Position numbers and translations under genes: made by a program | Part shown: piece after piece, positions 1 to 10,054 of the stretch | Layout of the letters: the number at the start of each line of letters is the position of its first letter | Position numbering within the stretch: the first letter of the stretch is position 1 | Notes under the pieces: generated by a model | The model's input: only the letters and a program-made list of their open reading frames with translations | Told to the model about the DNA's origin: nothing | Database searches by the model: none | Source of the DNA: Spirogloea muscicola | Lineage: Eukaryota | Direction: 5' to 3' | Assembly: GCA_009602725.1 (NCBI GenBank) | Contig: WELB01000001.1 | Coordinates: 1,476,997 to 1,527,736, forward strand | DNA length: 50,740 bases

Positions 1-225
1 CTGTGCAGCGGTCCCTAGCTTTTGCGGTCCACTTGCGCGCAGGCCGCGCTCTGGCGGCGGCCTCCGGCTTCCGTCAGGGCGACGTCTTTCCGCCTGCTAG
101 CTACTCAGACTTGCATCTACTGACGAGAGGTTACTGAGAGTTCGCTTACTGCTGTCTCAGTCCTTAGCACTCCGACTCCTTCAGACCTTGTCCATTCTTT
201 TGGGCTGGCCTCTCCCAGCCACCAG
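1..225 (+). mobile_element. 3' end of RLE (CRE/R2-type) non-LTR retrotransposon, subfamily A, plus 3' UTR motif X
   Basis: Frame 3-137 reads VQRSLAFAVHLRAGRALAAASGFRQGDVFPPASYSDLHLLTRGY*, matching the ORF ends at 12085, 30248 and 30769 on the minus strand. It is followed by CAGACCTTGTCCATTCTTTTGGGCTGGCCTCTCCCAGCC, a motif also found after the 12085 and 30769 copies. Confidence 0.8.
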
Positions 226-351
226 TTAATCTGGCCGCGCTTGCTCTCCTTCGGGCGGAGAATGCCGAATGTCCGGCGCAGTTTCGATTGGCGTCAGCGC
301 CCGAATTCACTGCCGCCCAGCTCGAAATTCAATTGCCGCCTAACTCCCCCT

Positions 352-500
352 GACCATCTAGTATCCAGGCATCGGTTAGCCACCTTTATGTTTTGACCCG
401 TGGTTTCTGAGCGGGTCAATCTACTGTAGGTTATGTAGGTCTTAAGATGTGCGTGCCTTTGTACTTGGCCATTTGGCCTTCGTTTGTTTCAAATACACGA
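352..500 (+). mobile_element. 3' end of RLE non-LTR retrotransposon, subfamily B, plus 3' UTR motif Z
   Basis: SSIQASVSHLYVLTRGF* (stop 408-410), then GCGGGTCA...TGTGCGTGCCTTTGTACTTGGCCATTTGGCC. It aligns with the reverse complement of 10690-10840 and 36250-36375. Confidence 0.8.
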
Positions 501-656
501 TATCTCCCTGACGAGGCCACACGGCTCGAATCGCTCAAAAAAGCCTCGAATAGAAGCCGAAAAGCCCTCAGGCCCGCTCTGAGTGGGATGACCCACCCTG
601 ACGGGCGAAGGCGGGTACCGGCCAAGCTAGCGGCGGGTAAAGGTGTAAGGGGGGGG

Positions 657-797
657 GATAGCAATCCCAGGCTACACTGGCCTTGGAAAGCGTGGGTATT
701 AAGAGATGAAGGGCCTGTGTGGCCAAGTAAGGGATTAAGGGTGGAGGTGGAGAGCAGCGATAGCAGTCTCAGGCTACACTGGCCTTGGGCTTGAGGG
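657..797. repeat. Imperfect direct repeat (GATAGCARTCYCAGGCTACACTGGCCTTGG x2) flanking a minus-strand motif Z remnant
   Basis: Copies start at ~657 and ~759. Between them GTATTAAGAGATGAAGGGCCTGTGTGGCCAAGTA (~696-729) matches 10236-10270 and 10693-10727. Confidence 0.65.
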
Positions 798-2295
798 TGA
801 AGGGTGGAGCCAAATAGGCCAAAGAGCCTGCTCCATAATCAATGCCATTCTTTCTGACCGGCATAGGCGAGCGGAGGGCTGGCTTCCCGAGCAGTTCTAC
901 TCAGTCCAGTCTCCTTCCCTGAGCCGATTCGCCCGCCTCCTCCGCCGCTGTCGTCGTCGCTCCCGCCGTTGCCGCCGCCACCGCTGAAAGATCAGCGGGC
1001 ATCGAGCGCGCATTGGCCGTGCCAAGAAAGCACGGGTAGGCGTGAAGGTCTGGATCTGCTGTTTGAGGAGCCTTCTGCCGGAGAACTCCGTCAACCGGTA
1101 CGTGAACCGGTGCATTGGCAAGGCACGCTTGTTTTGCTCGAAAGTTTTGTCTCAGAAATCTGAATCGTTTAGTCAGCATTATTTAAAGGTATCATCTAAC
1201 AGAAGTTGCGTTGTGTGCATCTTTGCAAGTACTAAGTAAAGTCCCGAATAGGGCACGTAGAGATACTGTGACGCAAGTCCCGAATAGGGCGAACCTTCTT
1301 ACCGGCACTTTACACATTTGCTTACCTTGCACTGAGATGATTGGTGACAGTGCCCGAGACCCTACGTGGCCATTAATTAATTACTTTCGGATACAGTTCA
1401 TTGCACTGCTGTTGACTGCTTGTTGTTTTCCAACCCACTTCTTTACTGGACCGAGTAGAACTGCGGAAAACGGGGACACGTTTAAGCAAATTGCAGGTCT
1501 CTACATCTAACTTCGGGTGCTGTATGCTCGTTCTGCTCTAGACTCGGTCATACAGACTCCCACTGCTGGCAGAAACACCCTAGAAAATTACCCGTCTCCA
1601 TGAAGGAAAATATGGTCAAGAAAGGGTTTCTAGTCAGGTGGCACAGTCGTCCGGGTCCTCTCCTTCAAAAATCGATCAAATGACAAAACAGATTCAGGAA
1701 TTAACTAAACAATTGGCAGTTGCCAAGGCGCAGACAAAGTCTAAGATAGTCTCGACTGCGTTGCCTTATTCAGATCAGCAGGAGGATGAGGATACTTACA
1801 CAGGACAGCACAATCCCCACAATCCCGATGGGTATGATGCTCATCACCGTTATGCTTATACAGCATTTCTGCCCAGTCGTAATCCTCTAAAGCGAGGGGA
1901 AACGAAATGCAGCAAAGTGTCAGGTCTGGTAACTTTCGGTACCCGGCGAGTTTTCAGTTGAAGGATATCAAAGCCGACAGCCTACCTCGCCGCGTTAAGC
2001 CCGTGTTACCCAAGCCAGTTATTGAGACAGTTCCAACGAATTGTTCTGTGTCGACTGATAAACTACTGAATAGGATGTATTCCACCCCTATTCTAAGCAT
2101 CAAAGACCTTGGCATGGCAAAGGCACAGTGGCACAGTTGAGGGAATACATACAAGCCTCCGATAGTCGTAATCAAATAGTCACAGGGCGAGTGATCAACT
2201 CGCCTGCAGTGATGACCACAGCAGTCTCAAAATCTTTGGCTGTTGACAAGATTTCATGCAGGCCACCGATTGCAGGAACCGAGTAGCTAGCTGCT

Positions 2296-2691
2296 GTGGC
2301 CATGCTGGAAAATTCAGAAGGAGCCATCCAGGTCTCCAACAGAAATGCAATAGAGGCACCTATCCATGTCCTTCTGGACACAGGTGCACAACCCATCCTG
2401 GTTGGTTCTCGCTTTGCTAAGTTGCTGGAAATCGAGAAGGATGAGATGCTATGTAACAAGGTCCGGATCACCACAGCAACTGGTACTACAGATAACGTGG
2501 TTGGAGTCAAACGCCCGTTGCATATCCCCTTCAATTATCAGGATCCTGCTAAGCATACATCCTTTTCGGCCATATGCATGATAACAAAAGCCACAACATA
2601 TGATATAATATTGGGTACTGAGACTTTAATACGCTTAGGTTTTGGACTAGACTACTACTCTGAAGTGGCCTGGTACAGACCTCAATGGTAG
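2296..2691 (+). pseudogene. Retropepsin-type aspartic protease domain
   Basis: VLLDTGA catalytic motif and a downstream YDIILG motif. The frame ends at a premature stop. Confidence 0.9.
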
Positions 2692-3372
2692 AATTTAGGT
2701 ACCACAAGGGTCATCTTACCTCTACTGATGGGGTGGAGATCGAATTAATATGAGCTAATATATCAGCTAATACTTGTATCGTGATTGTGGATTCAGCTGA
2801 ACATGAACCAGTAACTCCAGAGGAGCTTTCCTCCGCTCAAGAGAAGGACGTTCCTACAGACCAGAAGGCCATCGATGACTTTGTAGAGGCGGAGGAGACA
2901 TTCACCGATCAGCAGAAGGATGAGATTGAAGATTCTGCAAAACTTCCTCAACAGGATAACAAGGGTAAAGGGCCTCAGGAAGATGTGCCTGTTGTACCAG
3001 AACCCAACAAAGTTCGGGACATGGTGGTGTATGGGCAAGCCCAAGGTGAGTCATCACAGTCTTCGATGCGTGCCAAGAGGCCTTTGCAGATAGTTCCCCT
3101 TGATCCAGACCAGGCCAATCACCAGACAGGCCGCATACGTCCCGTGCCCAACATGGGTATATCGCGCACCTACATGAAAGATTTGCAGGTTGCCAAGAAC
3201 CATGAGATGGTCAAGGCGTCACGTCTGTGTTTTCCTGTGGTGGGCCACATGCAAGCTGAAGAAGCGTGGACCGAAGACACCCTGACAGCACAGCCCCCAA
3301 TAGTACACTCAAATGCTGGCAGCGAATTCGTGGATCGGCTGGGGGTATTCTACCACGGTGTCGTGACTGAGT

Positions 3373-4432
3373 TTGCCTCCAGAGGGCATTGTATTAGTGG
3401 AGTTGCTTGGCGGCACCGCAAATGGTTTGAAAGCAGCATGTCAAAGCCACATCAAGGTGGCTAGATATATTTCTACATTGACATCGATGATGAAGCTCGT
3501 CAAACTGCGCAACACCACATCGACTATCTGCTCCGCCAACATCCAACCTTGCTCCACCCATCAACGTTTGCGCAGTGGGATACCTTACTCCCACAAGACA
3601 TTACAAAGGCCGCACAGCCAGGAATGTTGCGCCGTCTTCCTTCAGTTGATCTCGTTGTGGCAGGTTTTCCCTGCCAGGGCTTCAGTGCCATTGGCAAAGG
3701 TCTGGGGTTGCTCAAAAGGACACGGCTCTTTTCCAGCCCATGGTGAAATTTATGCATGCGGTGCAGGCAAGACAGACCCGACCAGTGCGTTATATTATTG
3801 AAATGTTGATGTTGAAAATGTTGAATGTTCAAAATGTTGAACCTCGGGAAAATAAACTGACGGCGCGGTTCAGTATTGCGACAGTTTGCGACATCCTTGG
3901 ACCTCATACAATATTAGGTGCAGCCTTTGTTGGTTCGCTTGCAGACTGCAGGCGGGTTCACTGGACGAACTTGGCACCGGCAAAGATGATGCAGATTTGC
4001 ATCAACAACCAATACTGGCCTCCTGGATTATATGCTTATATGGTGCTAGATGCTGGAAGAGAGGTTATGCCAGTGTACGGGTCCAAGCGTGAGCACCACT
4101 TCAATCAGCCAGGTTCAGAACGTGTCACCTTTCCAACTCTTATGGCGACGGTGGACTCCGAGGGTTTCAGATCGCACTATAAAAGGAAAGGACCAGGCAT
4201 GGTTAGGTTGAAGGGTACCAACATCTTCCAGGAACCCTATTCTCGAGAGAGGGAGAGAGCCATGGGATATGAACCCAGGGACATTACTCTACCCCATCAC
4301 TCTTTTAGAACCCATGTCAAACTAACTGGGCAGGCATTCGATGCGAATTCCATGTCTTGGATATTTAGCGTCACAAATGCCATTCAGTCTAAGAGGAAGT
4401 TTAAACGACAGCTTTACAACAATGATCCTTAG
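3373..4432 (+). pseudogene. C5 DNA cytosine methyltransferase domain (DNMT3-like signature), frameshifted, inside the pol region
   Basis: Motifs occur in canonical order over three frames: I-like IVLVELLGG, II-like YIDID, III-like QDIT, IV DLVVAGFPCQGFS (PC at 3669-3674), VI YIIE..(E/Q)NV, VIII GSLADCRRVHWTNL, IX ERERAMGY, X LTGQAFD. Confidence 0.9.
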
Positions 4433-4582
4433 AGCGTTTCATCTTTAGACATCAGTCTTCTGAAATTGTTTGATCCTGGTGTTGATAAAAATGAGGACTT
4501 CTGACGATCACAGCCTATCAGGAAAGTTTGCCATTCTTTACTTGGGTACCAGTGGCAGCTTGGTCCCGATCTGTCTGCAGAA

Positions 4583-5475
4583 ATGAATTTCTGTACGGTT
4601 AGGTTGTTAAATGTTAAACTTACCTCTTTTGCTTTCTCATCGGCTGATTTGGGTACTTATACTGGTTCCAAGTTTCATATTCAGCTTAGAGATGAACGTC
4701 CGATGTTCAGTCAACAGTATCCATTATCTAAGGTTGAAAATGACTTCATAGATAACAAACGCCAAGAATTGCTTTGATACAATCATCCAACAGTTCCTTT
4801 GCTGCCCCCACAATTCTCCTGGCCAAGAAAGATGAAATTGGCAATTACACAGATAGGAGAATGTGTGGTGATTATTGTCGACTCAATCCGTCCACACCTC
4901 TCGATCGATATCCTATGCCTACCCCCAAAGAGATTTTTGCCTGTGTGGGGGACAGCAAGATCTTTTCAGTGTTAGATCTTAGGCAAGGATTTAACCAAAT
5001 CGATATTGAGCCTGGAGACAGGCATAAGACCGCTTTCTGGGGGGTCCGTGAAGGTGTTGGAGATCGTTATGAATGATATAGAATGCCATTCGGTCTCAAA
5101 ATGGCTCCCATCATGTTTCAACGTGTCATGGACATGGTATTGAGACATGTTCCATTTGCACGGTGTTACATCGCCGACAATTTAGTGTTCAGAGAGAATT
5201 TTGCAGAACACTTGAATTATGTTGCAGTTGTGCTTGATACCATACAGCAGGCTGGACTCAGATGTCACCCAGGAAAATGCTGTTTTGGCTTGTCTGAAGC
5301 TACCTATTTGGGTCACCAGATTTCAAACAAGGGTCTGCCCCCACAAGCTGCCAATGTGCAAGCTATTCTTGACATTCCTCCGCCAACTAATCTTGAATCG
5401 TTGCGATCTTTCCTTTGCTTGGCTAGTTATAATCGAAGATTCGTCCAGAATTCAGTTCCATCGCTAGGCCTCTGA
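4583..5475 (+). pseudogene. Ty3/Gypsy reverse transcriptase, disrupted
   Basis: RMCGDYCRLN, DRYPMP, FSVLDLRQGFNQI, KTAFW, MPFGLKMAPIMFQRVMD, YIAD in place of YxDD, KCCFG, YLGH, LRSFL. Confidence 0.95.
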
Positions 5476-5962
5476 ATGATTTGCTCAAGAAAGTTGCATC
5501 ATGGCAGTGGACTACTTCTCGTCACCAAGCATTCAGCTTAAACAGGCTCTCACTCAAGCTCCAGTTCTGCGACATCCCGATGATACCAAACAATTGTAAT
5601 TGCATACAGGTTGGAGCAAAGTGGGGATGGGTGCTGTTTTGACTCAGCGTGATGAGGACAACCATCAACATTTTATCGCTTGTGCGAGTTGCAGTAACAA
5701 TTCTGCACAGCAAGATTATTCTGCATATCATGGGAACGCTTGGCTGCCATGTGGGCCATCACACATTTCCGACCGTACCTACATCATTACTGATCATCAG
5801 CCTTTACAATGGTTGTTAACAACTGATAAAGTCACAGGAAAGTTAGCACGCTGGGCTCTTCAACTGCAAGAGTATGATTTCAAAATTGTTCATCGTCCTG
5901 GTCTTCAAAATATGGATGCTGATGCTCTCAGTCGAAATCCAACTTCCGATGCTATTTCTTAA
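5476..5962 (+). pseudogene. Ty3/Gypsy RNase H, disrupted
   Basis: LHTGWSKVGMGAVLTQ, TDHQPLQWL, GKLARWALQLQEYDFKIVHRPGLQNMDADALSR. Confidence 0.92.
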
Positions 5963-6438
5963 CAATTTGCTCACATGATCATTTGTCATGAACCCATGAT
6001 TCACTGTCGATTGGCCCATGCTCTTACGACCTCTACACATGCTGATCATTCAGTAGGCGCTCTTGAAGTGTCTAATGATTATGATGAGGTAAATTACACC
6101 TTGCGACGCGCTTTCTTGGGCTTTCTCGGTCTATGATTGAGGGCCTCTCTTTTGTGTGGTGTGGGTGGCAAGATGGCACTGCTCACTGGTCAGAAATTGG
6201 GGTGGGGAGACATCTAAATCAGCAGCAGTGCCCTAGACACCAGATAATCGCAACTACCATACCGTACGTGTCGTTCTATAATATGCAAAGTAAAACCAAA
6301 ATATCGCAAGATTTCTTATACGCTTTGTTTGGTTCGGCTCTGCCCAACACAGGCTGATTTGTCGACTACTTCTATGCTATTCCAATTATCGACGTTATCT
6401 GGCAGCCGACATCATATGGCCGACAGTCCGTGTAAATT

Positions 6439-7477
6439 AGGGGGTGGAGTGTGTAGGGGATGAATACAAGGGGCCGCCGCCCTTCTGGACTGCTATGATG
6501 CCCGCTTCCAAGAGCAGCTTCTTCTAGGGTGCGACGTGCCATCGAAGCCAGGATCGCATCCTCGCTTGCTCCGCTCTGTCGTCTGATACCTCTACACAGC
6601 GGACCGTCAACCTAGAATGTGCATTTGGTGGCGTGAAAGAGCATCTTTTGGCGAATGGAGGGCCGCACTTGGATATGGGCAATGTTTTCCTGCGAAAGAG
6701 CTTGCCCGAGGCCCAGTATGCGCCCACGTCATTGCATTGCTGCCAAATCCTCCTGCGTTCGCGTTGGATCTGCGTACTGGCCATACCTTGACTGCCGCCT
6801 TCATTTACAGCGGCACAATTCTTTGTTCATTTCCACTTTCGGCTGGCTTTTCACAGCCCTCGCCCCCTTTGGATGAGCTTACTTCCTTGCTGCGAGTTGT
6901 TCCTACATATGCCTGTTGTATGCTAAAGAAAGATAGAAAGGAAGTGCTAAGAGATCATCTGTGGCAGCCACTGGTTGTGCTAGCGATTGTCCTATCCAGT
7001 TGGGGCCCTCGTTGGCGTTCTGTCCAATCTTGCAGCTGGCACTTCCCAGTCACCGCCCTCCTGGAAGAGCTAGCTCTCTCTGCTGTGGCAGAGGTCATAG
7101 CTCATGCGAAGAGGCGGTAGGTCGTGCAGAAGCTCACGCCCACGCTTTCTGCAAGGACTAGCGTGCAAACCCGCCCCCATCCCACAGCCGCCTTACCTGC
7201 AATACCTTGTCTGCAGACCGTGACCTGCCGTGACATGCCGTGTGGAGCTTGTACGACCATGTGAGCTCGTGAGAACTCTGAGCTTCTATTTGCTTGACAA
7301 GAGACTCGATGTCAAGGTCAAGAAAGATGCGTACTGGGATCATGACTTTAGTATGCCGCTAAGCTTCTTCTATTGGCAAGCCAACCGTTGCTGTAGTGAC
7401 CCGACCCCTACAAAGGCAAAGAGGCGGTCTGGTCCTGATTGGTTTTGGACGCGGGGATTTACGAGCAAACCCCTACA
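6439..7477 (+). repeat. Candidate polypurine tract and 3' LTR of the Gypsy element
   Basis: Purine-rich AGGGGGTGGAG at 6439-6449, then TGTAGGGG at 6452. The inverted complement CCCCTACA occurs at 7405-7412 and 7470-7477. No matching 5' LTR was found upstream. Confidence 0.35.
6820..6872 (+). repeat. Isolated RLE-LINE 3' UTR motif X
   Basis: TTTCGGCTGGCTTTTCACAGCCCTCGCCCCC matches 20458-20490 and 36160-36190. Confidence 0.6.
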
Positions 7478-7734
7478 CCGTGAAGCACCTTGCGCATCAG
7501 CGCGCAGCAGAAGTCTTGCCTTATGGCGCCGCCGTCAGTCGGCGTCTCCACCTCCCGATCACCAACTCGCAGCTAGAGAGAAGTGCTCGCTCATAGAGAA
7601 TAGGGGCCGGGCACGGGCAGCCCAAAAAGAATGAACAAAGTGCGAAAGGGCCAGGAGAAGCGCCAAAGCTAGCACATTGGACTCAAGCAGCTACGAAACT
7701 CCGAGCTAGCCCTCCAAGGGCCGGCCATGGACGC

Positions 7735-7845
7735 CTTGCAGCGAGCCGGCAGCGGCCTGCCGGCGACGGGCTGCAGCAGCAGGCGCAGCAGCCGGGCTGC
7801 GCCTCTCTCTGGGCTTCACTGATCCGAACTGCTGTCTGTGACTCT
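7735..7845 (-). repeat. Dispersed repeat of unknown origin (second copy at ~16710-16865, +)
   Basis: Shared blocks CAGACWGC..TCGGA..GTGA.GCC..GAGAGAGGCRCAGCCC.GCT...CTGCTGCT.CAGCCCGTCGCC...GCCGGCTCGC. Confidence 0.55.
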
Positions 7846-10054
7846 GACCCCAGACTCCTAGTGCTCCCCGGTGCCGCCGCCCTTGTCGTGCGATATCCCG
7901 TCGGTGGCTCATTGGTTGACGGTGCTGACAAGGATGCGGAGGTGGCTGCTTACGTGCCATCCGAGGGTGCGTCATTCCTCAATCTGGTGTGAAGGTGGGG
8001 TCGCGAGCGCGGCATCTCCAACCCGCTTCGGTCCAGAAAAGATTTATTTCAATCCGGCTCGGCGTCGGAGCATCATGGCCGGCGTGAGCGCCTACGGGGC
8101 ACGGCAACTGACCACATAGTGAAAGAGAAGCACCTCTGAGCATGTAGCAGTCTAAAAACATTGTGAGGACTACTGGAAGAGAGCAGAGGGCAATTTATCT
8201 GTGCCCATCAAGAAAAACATGATGTTTGTTGGCTTGGGTATCTGCTGGCAACCATGTCTGGTGAAAGTTGTAAAGTCAGGCACGTAGACAGCAATAAGTT
8301 GGAGTTGGCTTGAGTGTCGAGCCCTAGCTTGTCCAACTTGTAGCATGTGACGATAGGGTTTATTGTGATCTCATGGCTAGGTGGCAGCCTGCATTGCTTG
8401 CTGGCTTCGAGACTCAAGGCTGCATGCATTCAAAACTTTCTGCCATAAGTCAGATGCCCAAGGCAGGCCGTTGGCATCTGCCAAAATGGGGATCTCTGGC
8501 ATGCCAAGCACCGCCCCACTTTTCAATTAGCATCATGCAGCATCTTCCACGACTGCGTGACAGTGACCTGGTAAGCGTTGAGGTGGCGGCAGGCCATGGT
8601 TGAGATGTTGACATGACTCGCATCCTACGAAGAGGCACAGAGTCTGCCTGACTTGCCACAATAATGCAAGCTTATTGGGCGTGTGTCATTGGACTGGAAA
8701 GTGGGATTGCCAAGCTACCCTAGCCTAGGAAAAAGGGGGACATTTACCAAGCCTGGCAAGTGATGTACTTGGCTACCTACCAACTACTTGCCGACCACCA
8801 GTCATAAGTGCCGCAAGGCCACAATGCAACCGCATGAAGTCCAGCCTGTTGGTAGACTGGGCCAGATCAAGTCCGTTGCGTCTGAAACAGGAAGGCCCCC
8901 GGTAGTTGCTGCTCAACTGTCCAGGAGTTCTTGTTTGCTCGTGTTTTGGTGTAGCAACTGAACCAGTGCAAGGCTGCAACTTGTGGTTACCAAGGGCATG
9001 TTGACTGCCTGCTGTTTCGCTTAATGACGAGGCTGCTAGGCTGCAAGGCTTTTCCTGTACGTCTTGTTCCCATGCACAAGGAAGCTCCTAAAGTTGAAAT
9101 GAGCATACTCTCTGTCTGACTCAAGCAAGAGCTTGATGTGAGCGACATGAGCTACAGATGTAGCAATGCATCCATCCATGCAAATGGCATCAAAAGTAGA
9201 GTGTTTCACAGGCCCCATGCCTTCGTCGAGTGCCCTTCTGTTCTCCTGACTGGAGCAGTATTCAAGCCTCAGGACCACCTTGTTGGCGCAGATTGGCTGC
9301 AGCGTAAGCAAGGGCAGTCCGGAGCTCGAAGAATCTATCAGAACAGCCATGAATGACTATATAGAACATTAGTGTAGTGAGGCTCTTTGCGGAGTAGGAA
9401 AGGCTCTTTGCTGCCAGCCAAAAAAATGTTGGGCTGGAAAGGTGTCCATCATAGGAGGACAAAGGCGGCTGCCGAGACATTAGAACTCGGACTGAGCTCA
9501 ATAGCCCCTGTTTGACAGCGATTGGAAGGAGGTACTGGGCTCCAATGAGTGGCAGTGCCAGTGAGGGGCCGGCCGAATGTCATATAATCTCAAGTTGGGC
9601 ATGAGCTTGAGCCAGCCAGGAAAGGCGAAGGCCTGATGCAGTACTTGAGAGGAGGCCACTGGTGCATTTCAGCGGCAGCCACCACTTCGCCTGATTCCTG
9701 TTTGCCTGTTTGCTCGTGTTGCTGGCAGTCCCCCTGAAAAGTTGATGGCTATTGCAGAATGAAGCCGTATGGATAGTTTCACTCTACTCGACATTTACTT
9801 ATAGCGATGACCAATATCATGCCTCGGATTGACATAGGCAACAAGGACAGCCCACTGGTAGCAAGATGGCCAACACAGTGAGCTCCCTATGCAGCGGGGT
9901 CGCATCAGCGCCGCGTCTTGGGGTCTTGCCCGCCGTGTCCCAGCTGCGCAGTTGATTTGTGCTCGTTGTGACGCCAGGAGGTGTGATTGGAAAGCACCAG
10001 TACTATCGACGTACTGCAATTTTGAGCCTTCCCTCCCTGAGCCGTTCAGTGAGG

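Larger units (their letters stand above)
1600..6450 (+). mobile_element. Degenerate Ty3/Gypsy LTR retrotransposon with order gag-like, protease, C5-methyltransferase, RT, RNase H (integrase not seen)
   Basis: Collinear plus-strand remnants of aspartic protease, DNMT, Gypsy-type RT and RNase H, broken by many stops and frameshifts. Outer boundaries are approximate. Confidence 0.9.

Noticed and set aside
505..535. Hammerhead-like CTGACGA-GGCC-ACAC-GGCT-CGAAT after a LINE 3' end
   Set aside because: The required GAAA reads GAAT, stems I and III were not found, and other copies of the same 3' end lack it.
8200..9800. Possible decayed L1-like coding remnant on the minus strand
   Set aside because: There are only vague hints and no diagnostic RT or endonuclease motif could be read.
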